Below are positions 25,637 to 37,265 of a DNA stretch of 64,000 nt, one piece after another. The DNA is taken from the NCBI GenBank assembly GCA_965644295.1, contig CBFFRP010000668.1, positions 62,001-126,000 on the forward strand, given 5' to 3'. The notes beneath the pieces were generated by a model that saw nothing but the letters and a program-made list of their open reading frames with translations, did not search any database and had not been told where the DNA came from. Positions within the stretch are counted from its first letter, which is position 1. Each line of letters starts with the position of its first letter. The position numbers were made by a program, and so were the translations under genes. The DNA is from Paraphysomonas bandaiensis (taxonomy: Eukaryota > Protista > Chrysophyceae).

Positions 25637-26255
25637 TTAAACGTCTTTTTATTTAGCAGTAGGCGTTAGAAACCTGTACCAATATAGTGGTTAGTTGAAT
25701 GCTAGTCATGCTAGTTAGACCTCTACCCATAACTAATCCGTTATGGGTAGAGGTCTTCCATTATCCTACTATTTAACGCTACAGAAGCTGCTTGTGCGTC
25801 GCCGCAAGCACCAAGGTGCAACCACTTCCGTTCTAAATTTTGTTTGTGAGTTTCGCCCTGCTTGTGCGTCTTTGACTCACTGGCGCGTGATGTCTGGGGG
25901 TCTTCCCTTAGGATACGGCTCTACCAGGCTCTGTGGTACAGGGTTTTGCATTAATGTCCGAAGTGTATCAAGTACTAGATGGGTGTTCTGTGAGGGAAGT
26001 GGAGTGGTGGAGGGTGTCGTAGTTTCCTTGCATCGCTTGGGCATCAGGCATAGGTGTAGTTGCCGGAGACGGCGTCTTTGTCGAGGACCAGATGTTTTCA
26101 AGCAGTCCGGTGCTTTATTCCTGCGTGCATGAGAGGTGGTGCATGTGGTTGCAGTGGATGGTAGTCCCGTCTCTGGTCGTCTTTGGACTCCTAGTAATCG
26201 TAGCACCCTTGGGCGTTTCCATTTCCGTTTGCGTTGCGGGTGCGGTCGCGGGAGT
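25637..26255 (-). mobile_element. Second 5'-truncated LINE 3' end (ORF ends KGRPPDITRQ)
   Basis: Homologous to 17430-18060. TSD GTATAATATATA at 25625-25636 and 26257-26268. Confidence 0.82.
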
Positions 26256-27973
26256 TGTATAATATATAATACACCCTACCACACTTTTAATGTCTTATAA
26301 TGTGATGTTGTTTCTCAAAACCAATCGACAGTTGTGGCCGGATGCATGCATACTTCAATTAATTTTGAATAATTATGGAGGTGTTGACGTCGCCTATGAT
26401 GGATCAAAGGATGTGTATGAGGAAAATTGTGATATAGCTATGCATCGGAACAAGTAATTGCAATTTAATTGCAGATGTTTCTTAACAATTAAATTGCAAT
26501 TATTAGTTATAGCTCGCGCAATTATTATTACAAGCACGAATACCATCTGCAACTGTACTTGCATTAAGAGAGGATGGAGAAACATATGAATCCATGGGAC
26601 CAGCTACACGTAAAGCTGCCCTGACCTCTTGGCATCCCAGCCTTCGTGCTGCTTTGCATGCTGAGCCCAGTGAACCATCCTGCTTTTCTCTGTCGCGGAT
26701 ACGATTTTCGACATTCTCCGCATTCCCATTTCTGACGGACATCATCAATGTCCTCGACTTGGGCACCCTTGAAATTGATTCTGGTCTTAAATCGTCAGAC
26801 ATTTCTAAATTAATGATACACACACTGTAGTGATGATAATATAATAGTATGATATTTACATGACCAAACTCTAAATACCGATATATTCAGTATTTCGACT
26901 GCATAAAACAGGAAAAGCCCTGATAATCCATGTCTATACCGCTGAGCGCCCAGTTCGTTGTGAAATCTTCAATCCTGCAGTGCCCTGTAAGGCAGGATTG
27001 GTAAAGATCATTGCCAAACTACTAAAAGCTAGAAGAATATTACACCATAGATCGAGCTGAACTTAGTCTTGTAGTTCAAGATCAACAGGAAAGACAGCTA
27101 ATCGACCGTTAAAAGAAACAGTACCTCTCTTAATGTAAAGATATTTATCGTCAGAGCCAGCGGTGTGAACAGATGGCCGAAGTAATCAAGACAGATGTCT
27201 TTCGGGAATGGAATCTTCACATTTTCATCATCATCTAGAGCTTCAGGGTACTCTGTTATACACCACGCTGCAATATGTCCAACCTTTGCTTGTATGCTGC
27301 TTTCATTCCTGCTTTAGTTCGTTCTTCTTATATATTATCAGCATTCCTCTTCCCCTTTGAGGTAACTCTTCCTCCCTGTCTGAATCTGTCTCATTCATGT
27401 TTGCAGTAAGTATGGTCGAATATTGATATATGCCACTAACGGCTGTCATGTTCAAGGAGAATAGTAGAGTATTCTAACAGTGTTTTACAACTCATAAAGT
27501 GGCTATTTCCCTGTAAAGTAGTAGTTTTATTATATAAAAGTGCCAGTTTATGAGTTAAGCGAAAAGCTTCACGTACTGCTGTACAGCAGTACATACAGTA
27601 TATTATTCAATATTCACACAGGGTTTCATACAACATACTGCTGTACATCTATACTATATGTACAGTACATACCTACTGCCTACGTACTGCTGTACCAACC
27701 TACTACGACGTACCTATAGTACATACATACACACATACATACCTTCATGCATGTATGAGGATGTCTAGATGTATGCATATTGTAGTTGTGTAAGCAGTTG
27801 TTTGTTGCAATTCGTTAAGTCATACTAGATCCTTATCTTGTACTAAACCGAGCACTGTTGTCGTTGTCTTCCTGGTATAGCAGGCAGTACTCGAAGGGTA
27901 TGTTTTTGTGTTTGTTTCCTGTTCACTTATACATATATGCCTGCAGAGGATATATACATATATACGGGCAGTC

Positions 27974-29539
27974 ATGATGGAGGATGTGGGAGGCAGTAGG
28001 ACACACTCTTCTTCCAATTCAGTTTGGGCAACTATAAAGAAATTTGATATTTACACTAAGGTGTGTTTGGTCTCATGTGTGCGTTACACAAGTGATGTTT
28101 CCCGCCAGGTGGACGAAAATTATCGTGTTAGAACTTCCTGGGGGGCTCTATGTATGTTTTGTGTGTATCGTTGAATGCGTCGCTTATATGTTGTATAACT
28201 AGTGAGTATTGTCGGATGGATATTAATTGCGATTCTAGTGCTTTCTGAGACGAAAGCATATTTGACGCCAAATATAAAAGATCATATGGTTGTTGATACG
28301 ACTCTTGGTCAGCAGCTTGTGATCAATATCAACATTACGTTCCATGCGCTAACATGTGCTGAGGTATTATATATAATTTTATTCAGGATAGTGTACGAAT
28401 GATTATTTAGGTTCACATTGATGCGATGGATGTGGCAGGAGACAATCAACTGAACATCGAGCATGACATGTTGAAGCAACGCTTAAGTCCACTGGGTTTT
28501 CCCCTAGGAGACCCGTCGGTCGAAATTATTGGGGAGGTAGAAGCTGGGTTTTGTTATTTGTTTTCTATACATAAGGTTGCACCTGCAGATTGAAGGGTCG
28601 GCTTCACTACCAGCCGACTACTGTGGCCCATGCTACGGTGCAGAATCGGAAACAACAAAGTGCGTAGTGCATTGACATTCTGCATTTGTTACTCTACATA
28701 TTATTGACGTTTTTTATAGATGCTGCAATACTTGTGATGAACTGAAGCTTGCATATGAAGCGCGAGGATGGAGCACAGGAGATATTTTGAAGAAATCTGA
28801 TCAATGCTTACGTGACAAAAGCAATCCTTTTGCTAACGTACACCCAGGAGAGGGTTGCCGGGTTACAGGTTCAATGCGTGTCAACAAGGTAGCGGGAAAT
28901 TTTCATATGACACTTGGAGACAGCATAGTTCGAGATGGGGCACATATTCATCAGTTTGTACCATCTGAAGCACCGGGGTTCAATGTATCTCACACCATTC
29001 ATGGTATTTCATTTGGTGAACCTTACCCCTCTATGCCTCCGAACCCCCTCGATGGCGGTATGTATCATGTTTACACCTACACTAGTTTCTCATGCATTTA
29101 TACTATAGTTGTACGGATAGTCAACAACGACACAGGCACAGGACTTTTTCAATATTTTATCAAAGTGGTACCAACGCAATACACTGCAGGCCAGGCAGCT
29201 GGCCTCTTAACTAACCAGTACACTGTGACGGAGAAATTTCGACCGGTTGCAATGACTGATTATCACAAGAGAGCGGCGTTTACGGTAAGCATCGAAACAA
29301 TTACACCTTGGAGTAGCTTCCTTACTAATGCCCCATTCGTTATGCAGGCCACAGTTATTCCTGGAATATTTTTTGTCTACGAATTATCTCCGTTTATGGT
29401 GGAGGTTAGCCGCAGCACTGTGCCTCTCTCACACTTCCTATCGAGAGTTCTCGCTATAGTTGGGGGAGTGTTTTGTTTGCTAGGCGTGTTTGATGCATTT
29501 CTGTATCGGTTTTTGAAGCTAACATCCAAAAGCGCGTGA
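27974..29539 (+). CDS. ERGIC3: ER-Golgi intermediate compartment protein 3 (Erv46-like), multi-exon
   Basis: IKKFDIYTK, NINITFHALTC, DAMDVAGD, YCGPCYGA, CCNTCDEL, EGCRVTGSMRVNKVAGNFH, FQYFIKVVPT, PGIFFVYELSP, AIVGGVF. Confidence 0.92.
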
Positions 29540-29741
29540 CATTCGTTTGTACCTTGAAAGTCTATGTCTGTATGTACTGATACAATGCAGTCCATTTTCA
29601 GAAGTAAGGTGACAGTAAGATATCTATTTCAAACTGGTGGGCGTCTACTAGGTCGCTATTTTCTAGTAAGTAGAATAGTTTAATGACAGGTACGACATAG
29701 TAGAAGTAATATATACAAAGAAACTGAAATGTTGCAATCAT

Positions 29742-30363
29742 CAGGGCTGCGTATCAATTAGTTATCAATTAATTGACGCAGGGTGTAGTCAATTATAATA
29801 ATTGCAATTATTACTTGCTGTCTCAATTTCAACCTTACTTCTGCAATTGTAAGGACACGAGTTGAAACAATTCCTATTCCTCCCGTATTGCACGAGCTTG
29901 GCATGCTCCTTTTCACTTGGTATTATACTTAACACTTCGGAACTAAATTCGAAAGATTGCATATGACTAGATAGAAGCAAGTAGCGGTCAATCATGGAAA
30001 ATGTGGAGCCTCTTTTCCTACAGGACAAATCTCTATTGCAGCCTCTTCGTTATTATTATCATTTACTTTCTCAAAGAACACTCGTGCAATGACTTCTGGT
30101 GCCAGGTTGTCGCTCGTATCGCTAATTAAGTAAATGAATTACTATGTGAGATAATCTTATGGATATTATCGTCTTTCCCCAATCTTCGATTTTTATCCTA
30201 AAAATTGGATATTTCAATAAAAATAACCGTTTTTAACAACTTTTTATCATAAAAGGGTGGTTTTTTATATCAATTAATTGAAGCGAGCTGTAGTCAATTA
30301 TAATTGCAATTTTTACTCGATGTCCCAATTTCAATAATCGACAATAATTGATACGCTGCCCTG
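29742..30363. mobile_element. Non-autonomous hAT/MITE (family 2), 622 bp
   Basis: TIRs CAGGGCTGCGTATCAATTA / TAATTGATACGCTGCCCTG (1 mismatch). TSD GCAATCAT/GCAATCAC (7/8). CAATTA subterminal repeats. Confidence 0.85.
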
Positions 30364-31230
30364 GCAATCACCACATTATTACAGTACACAGAATCACAGC
30401 TTACTATTCGGCGAGTACTGTGCCTTACAAAGCTCAACTTAAGGCAATCTGTTAATACTATCATCATCTGACAAATTCTTTCCTCTACTTGTTAAAATGT
30501 AACGAGATGATATCGACATATTTCGCGTAATAAACCGATAGTTGTTTAAAGGAAAGTGTAATGTTAAAGTTAATTCTACAGTATACGGACAAGAATGGTG
30601 GGAGTCATATCATATAGATCCAAAATATTTCTTAAGGGAGTATTTTGTCATCAAGAATACAAGAAGATCGCCTTGCAGTCTAGCGAGAATCCTGTACCTC
30701 CTGTTTACCCGGTATGTATTATACTGGGAGTGTCTGATGACATTATTTTCTTAAATGTCTTTACAACACAGGCGTAATAGTAGATTCCTGGGCCAGGTAA
30801 TCTTTCAATCAATCAAAAGTTAATAATCAGTCCATTCCAAGCCTGTGCACTGTCGCGACCAAACTAACAGCTCCCACTGCACTGGATGTAACATGACTCT
30901 CATTGGGAATACATACTCTGACGAGTGTACTTTACAAGCCAACTGCACCGACTACATGAGCACGCAGTGAAGTGTAAGCATAAACGTCATAGAACAGTTC
31001 TGGTACAATCAACTTGCGCATAAACCTGCATACGTGCTATCCATAGAAGCAGTAGTATGGAGGGGAGAGTACAAGTGATCTAAATTCGGGTTCTCGGACT
31101 GTGCCGTGAAGTGGTATCCAACCTGCCCTCCACGATATAGCATGCATACCGCCCATGAGGGTATATATATATGAAGCCAGCCAACGCCGTGCATCGTATT
31201 CTGTGCTCTGTATACAAGCTACAAGCTACA

Positions 31231-31330
31231 AGATACAGCTGTTGTATACATTGTAGTATATGTCATACAGGATACAGCAGTCTGTATACATTGTAGTATA
31301 TGTCATACAGGATACAGCAGTCTGTATACA
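31231..31330. repeat. Tandem repeat of about 39 bp, about 2.5 copies
   Basis: GATACAGC..TGTATACATTGTAGTATATGTCATACAG is repeated. Confidence 0.85.
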
Positions 31331-31684
31331 GTGGAATGCAATGCTTTGCTTCTCTCTTATTTCCAGTTTTGTCCTCTTTTGTAACTCACTACTAGTGGAC
31401 TGATGGTTGCTTGTCCAATAGTGGAAAATCTTGCATGACGTTATGCACAACTAAACTATCACTAGAAGTTGATCACTTGATACTAATTATAATTCCCACA
31501 ATGTCTGAAGGATTGATTATGAATACACCCCCGGATGTGTTTGTGTTTGTAGATGATGCAATCGATGTCACAGTGAGTTATGTCAACACAACAACTGAAG
31601 ATTCCACTCTGATATGCAGGTATAGAAGATATAATACAACAACAATGTTTTTCTGTTGTACTCATATGCGTGCTTCAGAGATAC

Positions 31685-34600
31685 TGTAGGACTATCCACT
31701 TACATATAGAATATATACGTGTACATGTCCTGTATTATATGATTAGTAGTACAGTACTGTATTGTATACGTGTACCATGTAGTTAGGAATACAAACTGTA
31801 GGGAATGTGATTGTTGGGATTAGCAATAGCCGTTGATATTGTAGACAGTATTATTAGCCGTTGATATTGTAGACAGTATTATTAGCCGTTGATATTGTAG
31901 ACAGTATTATTCATGATTCATTATACGATAATAATCATTATTTTGTACTTCTGTACTTGGGTATTGCTTTGCACACATACACATATGTATGCAAGCCCAC
32001 AGTAATATTACTTAATAAGTAGTACTCAATCTCTGTGATATAACAATATTATGGGGGAAAGTAAGAGAAGCAAAATAAAAGCAGCTCCTCAAATAGAGGA
32101 ATTGTTAGCTGCTTCGGGTTCTTCGTCTAAAAAGACGAAAAGAGAGAGAGAATCCTCTCGAAAACGAGCAAGAGATGCAACAACATCATCTCAAATGCAA
32201 TCTTCTCCTCAAACTGAAACATCGGTAGAGGCGGAAGGAGAATTGAGTGGAGTATCATTTCGTGAGCTCTCTTCTTCTCAACCAAAGAGAAAGAAGCAAA
32301 GGAGTGGAGATCCGCACCCCAACAGGAGTGAGCGCATTGACTTGAATGAAGTCATTGCGACGGAATCCACTCCACATGAAGTAATCAATACCGACTCTAT
32401 TCCCTACTTAGGTAGTGTGCAAGATGAGGATATCATCGAATTTTGTGAAAATCTCTCGAAAAGAGATCCTAAAGGGACAAAATTCATAAGGTCAGAAATC
32501 ATGGCACCAACAGTGCGTGATATGCTTCAGTTTCAGCGACAGCAGGATTTTGGAGATGAGTCTGACGAGGACTGGCTAGATCCAAACATTGTAACTACTG
32601 AGGAATTGATTCAGTGGTTAAAGCAAGCCTTTCTAGAGGAAGAGGAGCGATACTCTGATACATTGGAGCCTCTTCCTAGGTTCATAGATAATATCATTGG
32701 ACCAAAGGTTAAGGTGGATATTCATGTTCCTAAAGTATTCTTAAAAGAATATGGACGTCTGAATGAGCTTTATAAGCTCATTCCGGAGGCAAGTCTCACA
32801 GAGGTAGCCTCGGATACCATAGTCAAAACCCTCAAGAAAAACATTAAACTTGTGGGCGGACATTCCTTCAGAAAGGATGCCAAAGAGAAATTTATAGCGG
32901 ATATAGGCCAAGGTCAATCTGCACCAAAAGATTTCGGAGCATTCTGTAGAAAGGTGCGAGAGCTTAACAATGACTATAGTCAAGCTGTGAGAAAAGTAAA
33001 GAGGATGGAAACTAAATTGGATTCCAAAGAAACGTCTAAGTCTAACAAGTCTAAGACTACAAAAACTTCATCCTCCAGCTCATCCTCAAGTACTAAAGCA
33101 ACAACTGATACTAAGGAAGCATGTTGGATATGCGGTAATCTTCATAAAGGTGACTGCACCCGCAAAACCTGTGCATGGGCTAACCATGAAAAGAAGCCAT
33201 GGAAAGATTCCACACAGGGCAAAAAATATGCGGCTATGGGTTGGAGTACCTGCCCTTATGTGGAGAATCCTGATGGTCCTCCGAGATCGAAAACAAGTAA
33301 GTTATCATGCCCTAAGTGTTTATATATAAATGCTATTGACATGAATAATGATATGCTCGATGTCTTTGTATATCCTAAAGCTGATGTCAATGTACAACAG
33401 GTAAAGGAAAATCTAAGGGCTAAAGCCTTATTGGACACGGGGGCTACTGGGAATAATTTCATTAACCAAGAACTTGCTGATATGTTAGTTGCTAGGTATA
33501 ATATTCCATTGCACGAGTGTAACATTAAAATTTGTAGTGCGCTTGATAATGCTTGTTGTAGTAGCAAGCAATATATGATAATAACTATAAGATTAACTGA
33601 TGAGTATAACAATACTCTTGATATTGAGTTGCAATGTTTGATAATAGATAGCACCTTTGATATCATAATTGGTAGAGAAACTATCAAGAAATATAGATTA
33701 GTTGATCATTTTCCATCTCACTTTATGGAAAGAGAGTTAGCAGGGAAAATGCTAGCTACGGCCGCGGGCCATGCTGAGAAGACTCAGCTTCTCTCGGAAC
33801 ATATTAGTGAGAGAGCCACATGTTATAATAACATGGAAACATTAAGGCGCCAAGCTAAGGAACACCTTAGTTATAATAATAATTTACTTACAAGTAATAG
33901 CTTGGTTAGTACTATGTATTCACCTCCAATATCATCCATGCGTATAAGTGCATATGAAAAGGAAGATATAGGCGAGATTAGAGATAACTATCTGGAGTCA
34001 ATCCCAGAAGAAATAGTTACAAATACTCAGGAAAAAGTAGAAGGTACTACGTTACCAACTAAAATCTCTGGTCCCGAATCTTTACAAAGGAGGGTGAGAG
34101 AAATCCATGAAATCTATAAGGATAGATTTAGAACCACAGTGTCGGATATGCCAATGGATGTTCCACCTTTTGAATTAGAGGTAGATAGGGATGCTTGGGA
34201 ACAACCAAAACATTGTGGTCCGCCACGAAAGATGGATCGAGTACGACAGTATGCTTGTAAAAAGCAAATCGATACATTTGTGGAGCATGGAATAATACAA
34301 CCAAGTACGGCTCCTTATTATAGCCAGGTATTATTAGTTCCCAAACCAAATGATAAATGGCGATTCTGTGTAGACTATAAAGGTCTAAACAAGCACACAC
34401 AGAGGGAACGTTGGCCAATACCTAACATCAAAGAAATGTTAGAACGTATTGGGTCTAAGAAACCCAAATACTTCATAATTCTGGATTTAGTATCTGGTTA
34501 TTACCAGGCTAAAATTTCAGAGTACTCGAGAAAGTGGACGGCATTTATAACCTTCTGGGGAGTATTCGAATGGCTCCGACTACCCATGGGTTTGAGTGGT

Positions 34601-37265
34601 GCTCCATCATACTTTCAACGAGTATTAACAACAATTGTGCTTGCCGGGTTGATTATGTTCATATGTGAATTATATCTAGATGACCTGATTATATATGCTT
34701 CTACAGAAGATGAACTAATTGAAAATTACGTTAAAGTTCTAGAACGCTTCAGGAAATACAATGTTTACATTAATCCTGAGAAAGTGAAAATAGGAGAGTC
34801 CGAAGTACAATATGTAGGACATACTCTAAATGAGGAAGGGTTACACTTTACTAGAGAACGTCTGGATAGTGTATTAAATTTCCCAAAGCCTGAAACTATG
34901 AAGGGTCTAAAATCTTTCCTCGGATTGGCAAATTATTTTCGGGATCACGTGCACAACCACTCCTTAGTGGTGAGACCGTTAAATAAAATGCTTCTCAACT
35001 ATCATAGACGTAAACGTCTACAATGGACAGAGGATGCCAATGAAGCATTTGAAAAGATCAAATTGATGATCCATGAATGTCCAACATTATTTTTCATTGA
35101 TGACGAGTCACCAATATATTTATTGACCGATGCATCTGATTATGGAATAGGAGCATACCTCTACCAAGTAGTAGATGGTGTAGAACGTCCAATAGGATTT
35201 CTCAGTAAAACATTCGATGAAAGAATGATGAATTGGGATACACCTCAGAAAGAAGGATATGCTAAATACTATGCCTTAGATAAATGGGACTACCTATTAA
35301 GGTATAGATACTTTACGATCAAAACAGATCATAAAAATATTACTCAGTTGAGAACTGATTACGCTAAGGATAAGAAAGTTCAGCGATGGTTGAAATGTTT
35401 CCAAGCATATGATTATGATCTATGTGATATTAAAGGATCTGATAATGTTGTTGCTGATGCATTTAGTAGACTATGTGCATTAGAATCTAAAATGGAAACA
35501 AAATGTGCTTCCCTAATTCCCGATATTAAAGTTCCAAACAAGGAATGGGAAATTATTAAAAGATTTCATAACAATGTTACAGGTCATCATGGTATTGATC
35601 GTACAATACAAAAATTACGAGACAATGGTCATAAATGGTCAAAGCAAGGGGCACATGTGACAAAATTTATTAAAACTTGTCCTTGTTGTCAAAAGATGAG
35701 TAGAATTAAACCAATAATTAATGCTCATCCCTTTACTGTCTCAACATATGGCCCGATGCAAAGAATAGCAGTGGATTTTATTCAGAGTCTGCATCCAGAT
35801 GAGGATGGATACACTAATATATTAGTGATTATCGATTCTTTTTCTAGGTGGGTAGAATTAATCCCTACTAAGAATCTCACTGCCATGGCGGCGGCAAAGG
35901 GATTGCTTCAACACCTGGGTAGATATGGAGCACCTATTGAGATTCATTCGGATCTTGGACCAGCATTTGTGGATGATTTAACAAAATCATTGATAGAAAT
36001 GGTTGGAAGTAATCAATCATTTTCGATGGCGTATTCTAAAGAAGAAAATGCTATAGTGGAACGTGCTAATAAAGAAATTTTAAGGCACTTAAGAAATATT
36101 ATATTTGATAAAAATGTACTAAATAATTGGTCAATGTATCTACCTTTAGTACAAAGAATTATGAATTCTTCTAAACATAGAAGCACCGGCGTTACTCCCG
36201 CTAGTATTCTATTTGGGAATGCAGTAGATTTAGATAAGAGTTTATTCATTGAACACAATGAGAACTTGGACGGGAACGAACAAAAGCTATCACATTGGAT
36301 AGATAGAATACAAAAGGTTCAGTCCACTATTATGGATGTTGCAAGACGAAATCTTCGCAAACATGATGAAATCCACATGGCAACTGCACCAAATATACAA
36401 ACAAAAGAATTTCCAATAAATTCTTATGTGTTAGTTGAGCATAGACAAAATGCTTTACGTCCTGGACCGGCAAGTAAGTTATTACCATATCTTAAAGGTC
36501 CAATGCGAGTAGTCAATGTTATTGGAGACAAATATACTCTTCAAGATATTGTTACTAAACGTAATAAAGACTATCATATAAAGAAATTAAGGGAATTTAA
36601 TTACGATCCCTCTACTATTGACCCCTTACAAGTGGCATGTAAAGATGGTGGAAACTTTTATGCTATTGACCATATTTCAAAAATAAAAGGTCGAGCTAAA
36701 GGTCCGAAAAGTCAAATAAAATTTCTAGTACATTGGATAGGGTATGAAAAACCTACATGGGAACCATGGGCTAACGTTAGAAAAACGTATGCTCTACAAA
36801 ATTTCCTAACTCAACATCCTGATGAAAATGTAAGAAATTTACTACCTCGAAATGTGGTTTATTCTTCTGATGAAGAAGATTAATAACAAAGTTTACAGAA
36901 TTGAGTGTCAATATAACACATTAACACATCAATTATAAGGGGAGGTAGTGTAGGACTATCCACTTACATATAGAATATATACGTGTACATGTCCTGTATT
37001 ATATGATTAGTAGTACAGTACTGTATTGTATACGTGTACCATGTAGTTAGGAATACAAACTGTAGGGAATGTGATTGTTGGGATTAGCAATAGCCGTTGA
37101 TATTGTAGACAGTATTATTAGCCGTTGATATTGTAGACAGTATTATTAGCCGTTGATATTGTAGACAGTATTATTCATGATTCATTATACGATAATAATC
37201 ATTATTTTGTACTTCTGTACTTGGGTATTGCTTTGCACACATACACATATGTATGCAAGCCCACA
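31685..37265 (+). mobile_element. Intact Ty3/Gypsy chromovirus; LTRs 31685-32001 and 36949-37265 (317 bp, TG...CA, identical by eye), 4-bp TSD ATAC
   Basis: Paired LTRs; PPT AAGGGGAGGTAG at 36937-36948; TSD at 31681-31684 and 37266-37269; each LTR holds three 28-bp tandem repeats. Confidence 0.97.
32051..36883 (+). CDS. Gag-Pol polyprotein (Gag/Zn knuckle, PR, RT, RNase H, integrase, chromodomain)
   Basis: CWICGNLHKGDC, LLDTGA, WRFCVDY, YLDD, TDASDYGIG, GHHG..CPCCQ, DDE core, C-terminal FLVHWIGY..TWEP chromodomain; Gypsy domain order. Confidence 0.96.
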   Translation: MGESKRSKIKAAPQIEELLAASGSSSKKTKRERESSRKRARDATTSSQMQSSPQTETSVEAEGELSGVSFRELSSSQPKRKKQRSGDPHPNRSERIDLNEVIATESTPHEVINTDSIPYLGSVQDEDIIEFCENLSKRDPKGTKFIRSEIMAPTVRDMLQFQRQQDFGDESDEDWLDPNIVTTEELIQWLKQAFLEEEERYSDTLEPLPRFIDNIIGPKVKVDIHVPKVFLKEYGRLNELYKLIPEASLTEVASDTIVKTLKKNIKLVGGHSFRKDAKEKFIADIGQGQSAPKDFGAFCRKVRELNNDYSQAVRKVKRMETKLDSKETSKSNKSKTTKTSSSSSSSSTKATTDTKEACWICGNLHKGDCTRKTCAWANHEKKPWKDSTQGKKYAAMGWSTCPYVENPDGPPRSKTSKLSCPKCLYINAIDMNNDMLDVFVYPKADVNVQQVKENLRAKALLDTGATGNNFINQELADMLVARYNIPLHECNIKICSALDNACCSSKQYMIITIRLTDEYNNTLDIELQCLIIDSTFDIIIGRETIKKYRLVDHFPSHFMERELAGKMLATAAGHAEKTQLLSEHISERATCYNNMETLRRQAKEHLSYNNNLLTSNSLVSTMYSPPISSMRISAYEKEDIGEIRDNYLESIPEEIVTNTQEKVEGTTLPTKISGPESLQRRVREIHEIYKDRFRTTVSDMPMDVPPFELEVDRDAWEQPKHCGPPRKMDRVRQYACKKQIDTFVEHGIIQPSTAPYYSQVLLVPKPNDKWRFCVDYKGLNKHTQRERWPIPNIKEMLERIGSKKPKYFIILDLVSGYYQAKISEYSRKWTAFITFWGVFEWLRLPMGLSGAPSYFQRVLTTIVLAGLIMFICELYLDDLIIYASTEDELIENYVKVLERFRKYNVYINPEKVKIGESEVQYVGHTLNEEGLHFTRERLDSVLNFPKPETMKGLKSFLGLANYFRDHVHNHSLVVRPLNKMLLNYHRRKRLQWTEDANEAFEKIKLMIHECPTLFFIDDESPIYLLTDASDYGIGAYLYQVVDGVERPIGFLSKTFDERMMNWDTPQKEGYAKYYALDKWDYLLRYRYFTIKTDHKNITQLRTDYAKDKKVQRWLKCFQAYDYDLCDIKGSDNVVADAFSRLCALESKMETKCASLIPDIKVPNKEWEIIKRFHNNVTGHHGIDRTIQKLRDNGHKWSKQGAHVTKFIKTCPCCQKMSRIKPIINAHPFTVSTYGPMQRIAVDFIQSLHPDEDGYTNILVIIDSFSRWVELIPTKNLTAMAAAKGLLQHLGRYGAPIEIHSDLGPAFVDDLTKSLIEMVGSNQSFSMAYSKEENAIVERANKEILRHLRNIIFDKNVLNNWSMYLPLVQRIMNSSKHRSTGVTPASILFGNAVDLDKSLFIEHNENLDGNEQKLSHWIDRIQKVQSTIMDVARRNLRKHDEIHMATAPNIQTKEFPINSYVLVEHRQNALRPGPASKLLPYLKGPMRVVNVIGDKYTLQDIVTKRNKDYHIKKLREFNYDPSTIDPLQVACKDGGNFYAIDHISKIKGRAKGPKSQIKFLVHWIGYEKPTWEPWANVRKTYALQNFLTQHPDENVRNLLPRNVVYSSDEED

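Larger units (their letters stand above)
23541..26420 (+). mobile_element. Old degenerate hAT family-1 relative (5' part about 23541-23850, transposase tail about 26270-26420), interrupted by younger inserts
   Basis: Degenerate TIR CAAGGCTTAGCAACAATATATTG. 23680-23790 resembles 24212-24305, and 26305-26420 resembles 25248-25372. Confidence 0.6.

Noticed and set aside
25743-26132. Plus-strand 129-aa ORF and similar antisense ORFs within elements and genes
   Set aside because: They are shadows of coding or repeat sequence on the opposite strand.
30480-31200. Possible gene upstream of the Gypsy-disrupted gene
   Set aside because: Only short ORFs with no recognisable motifs or consistent exon chain.
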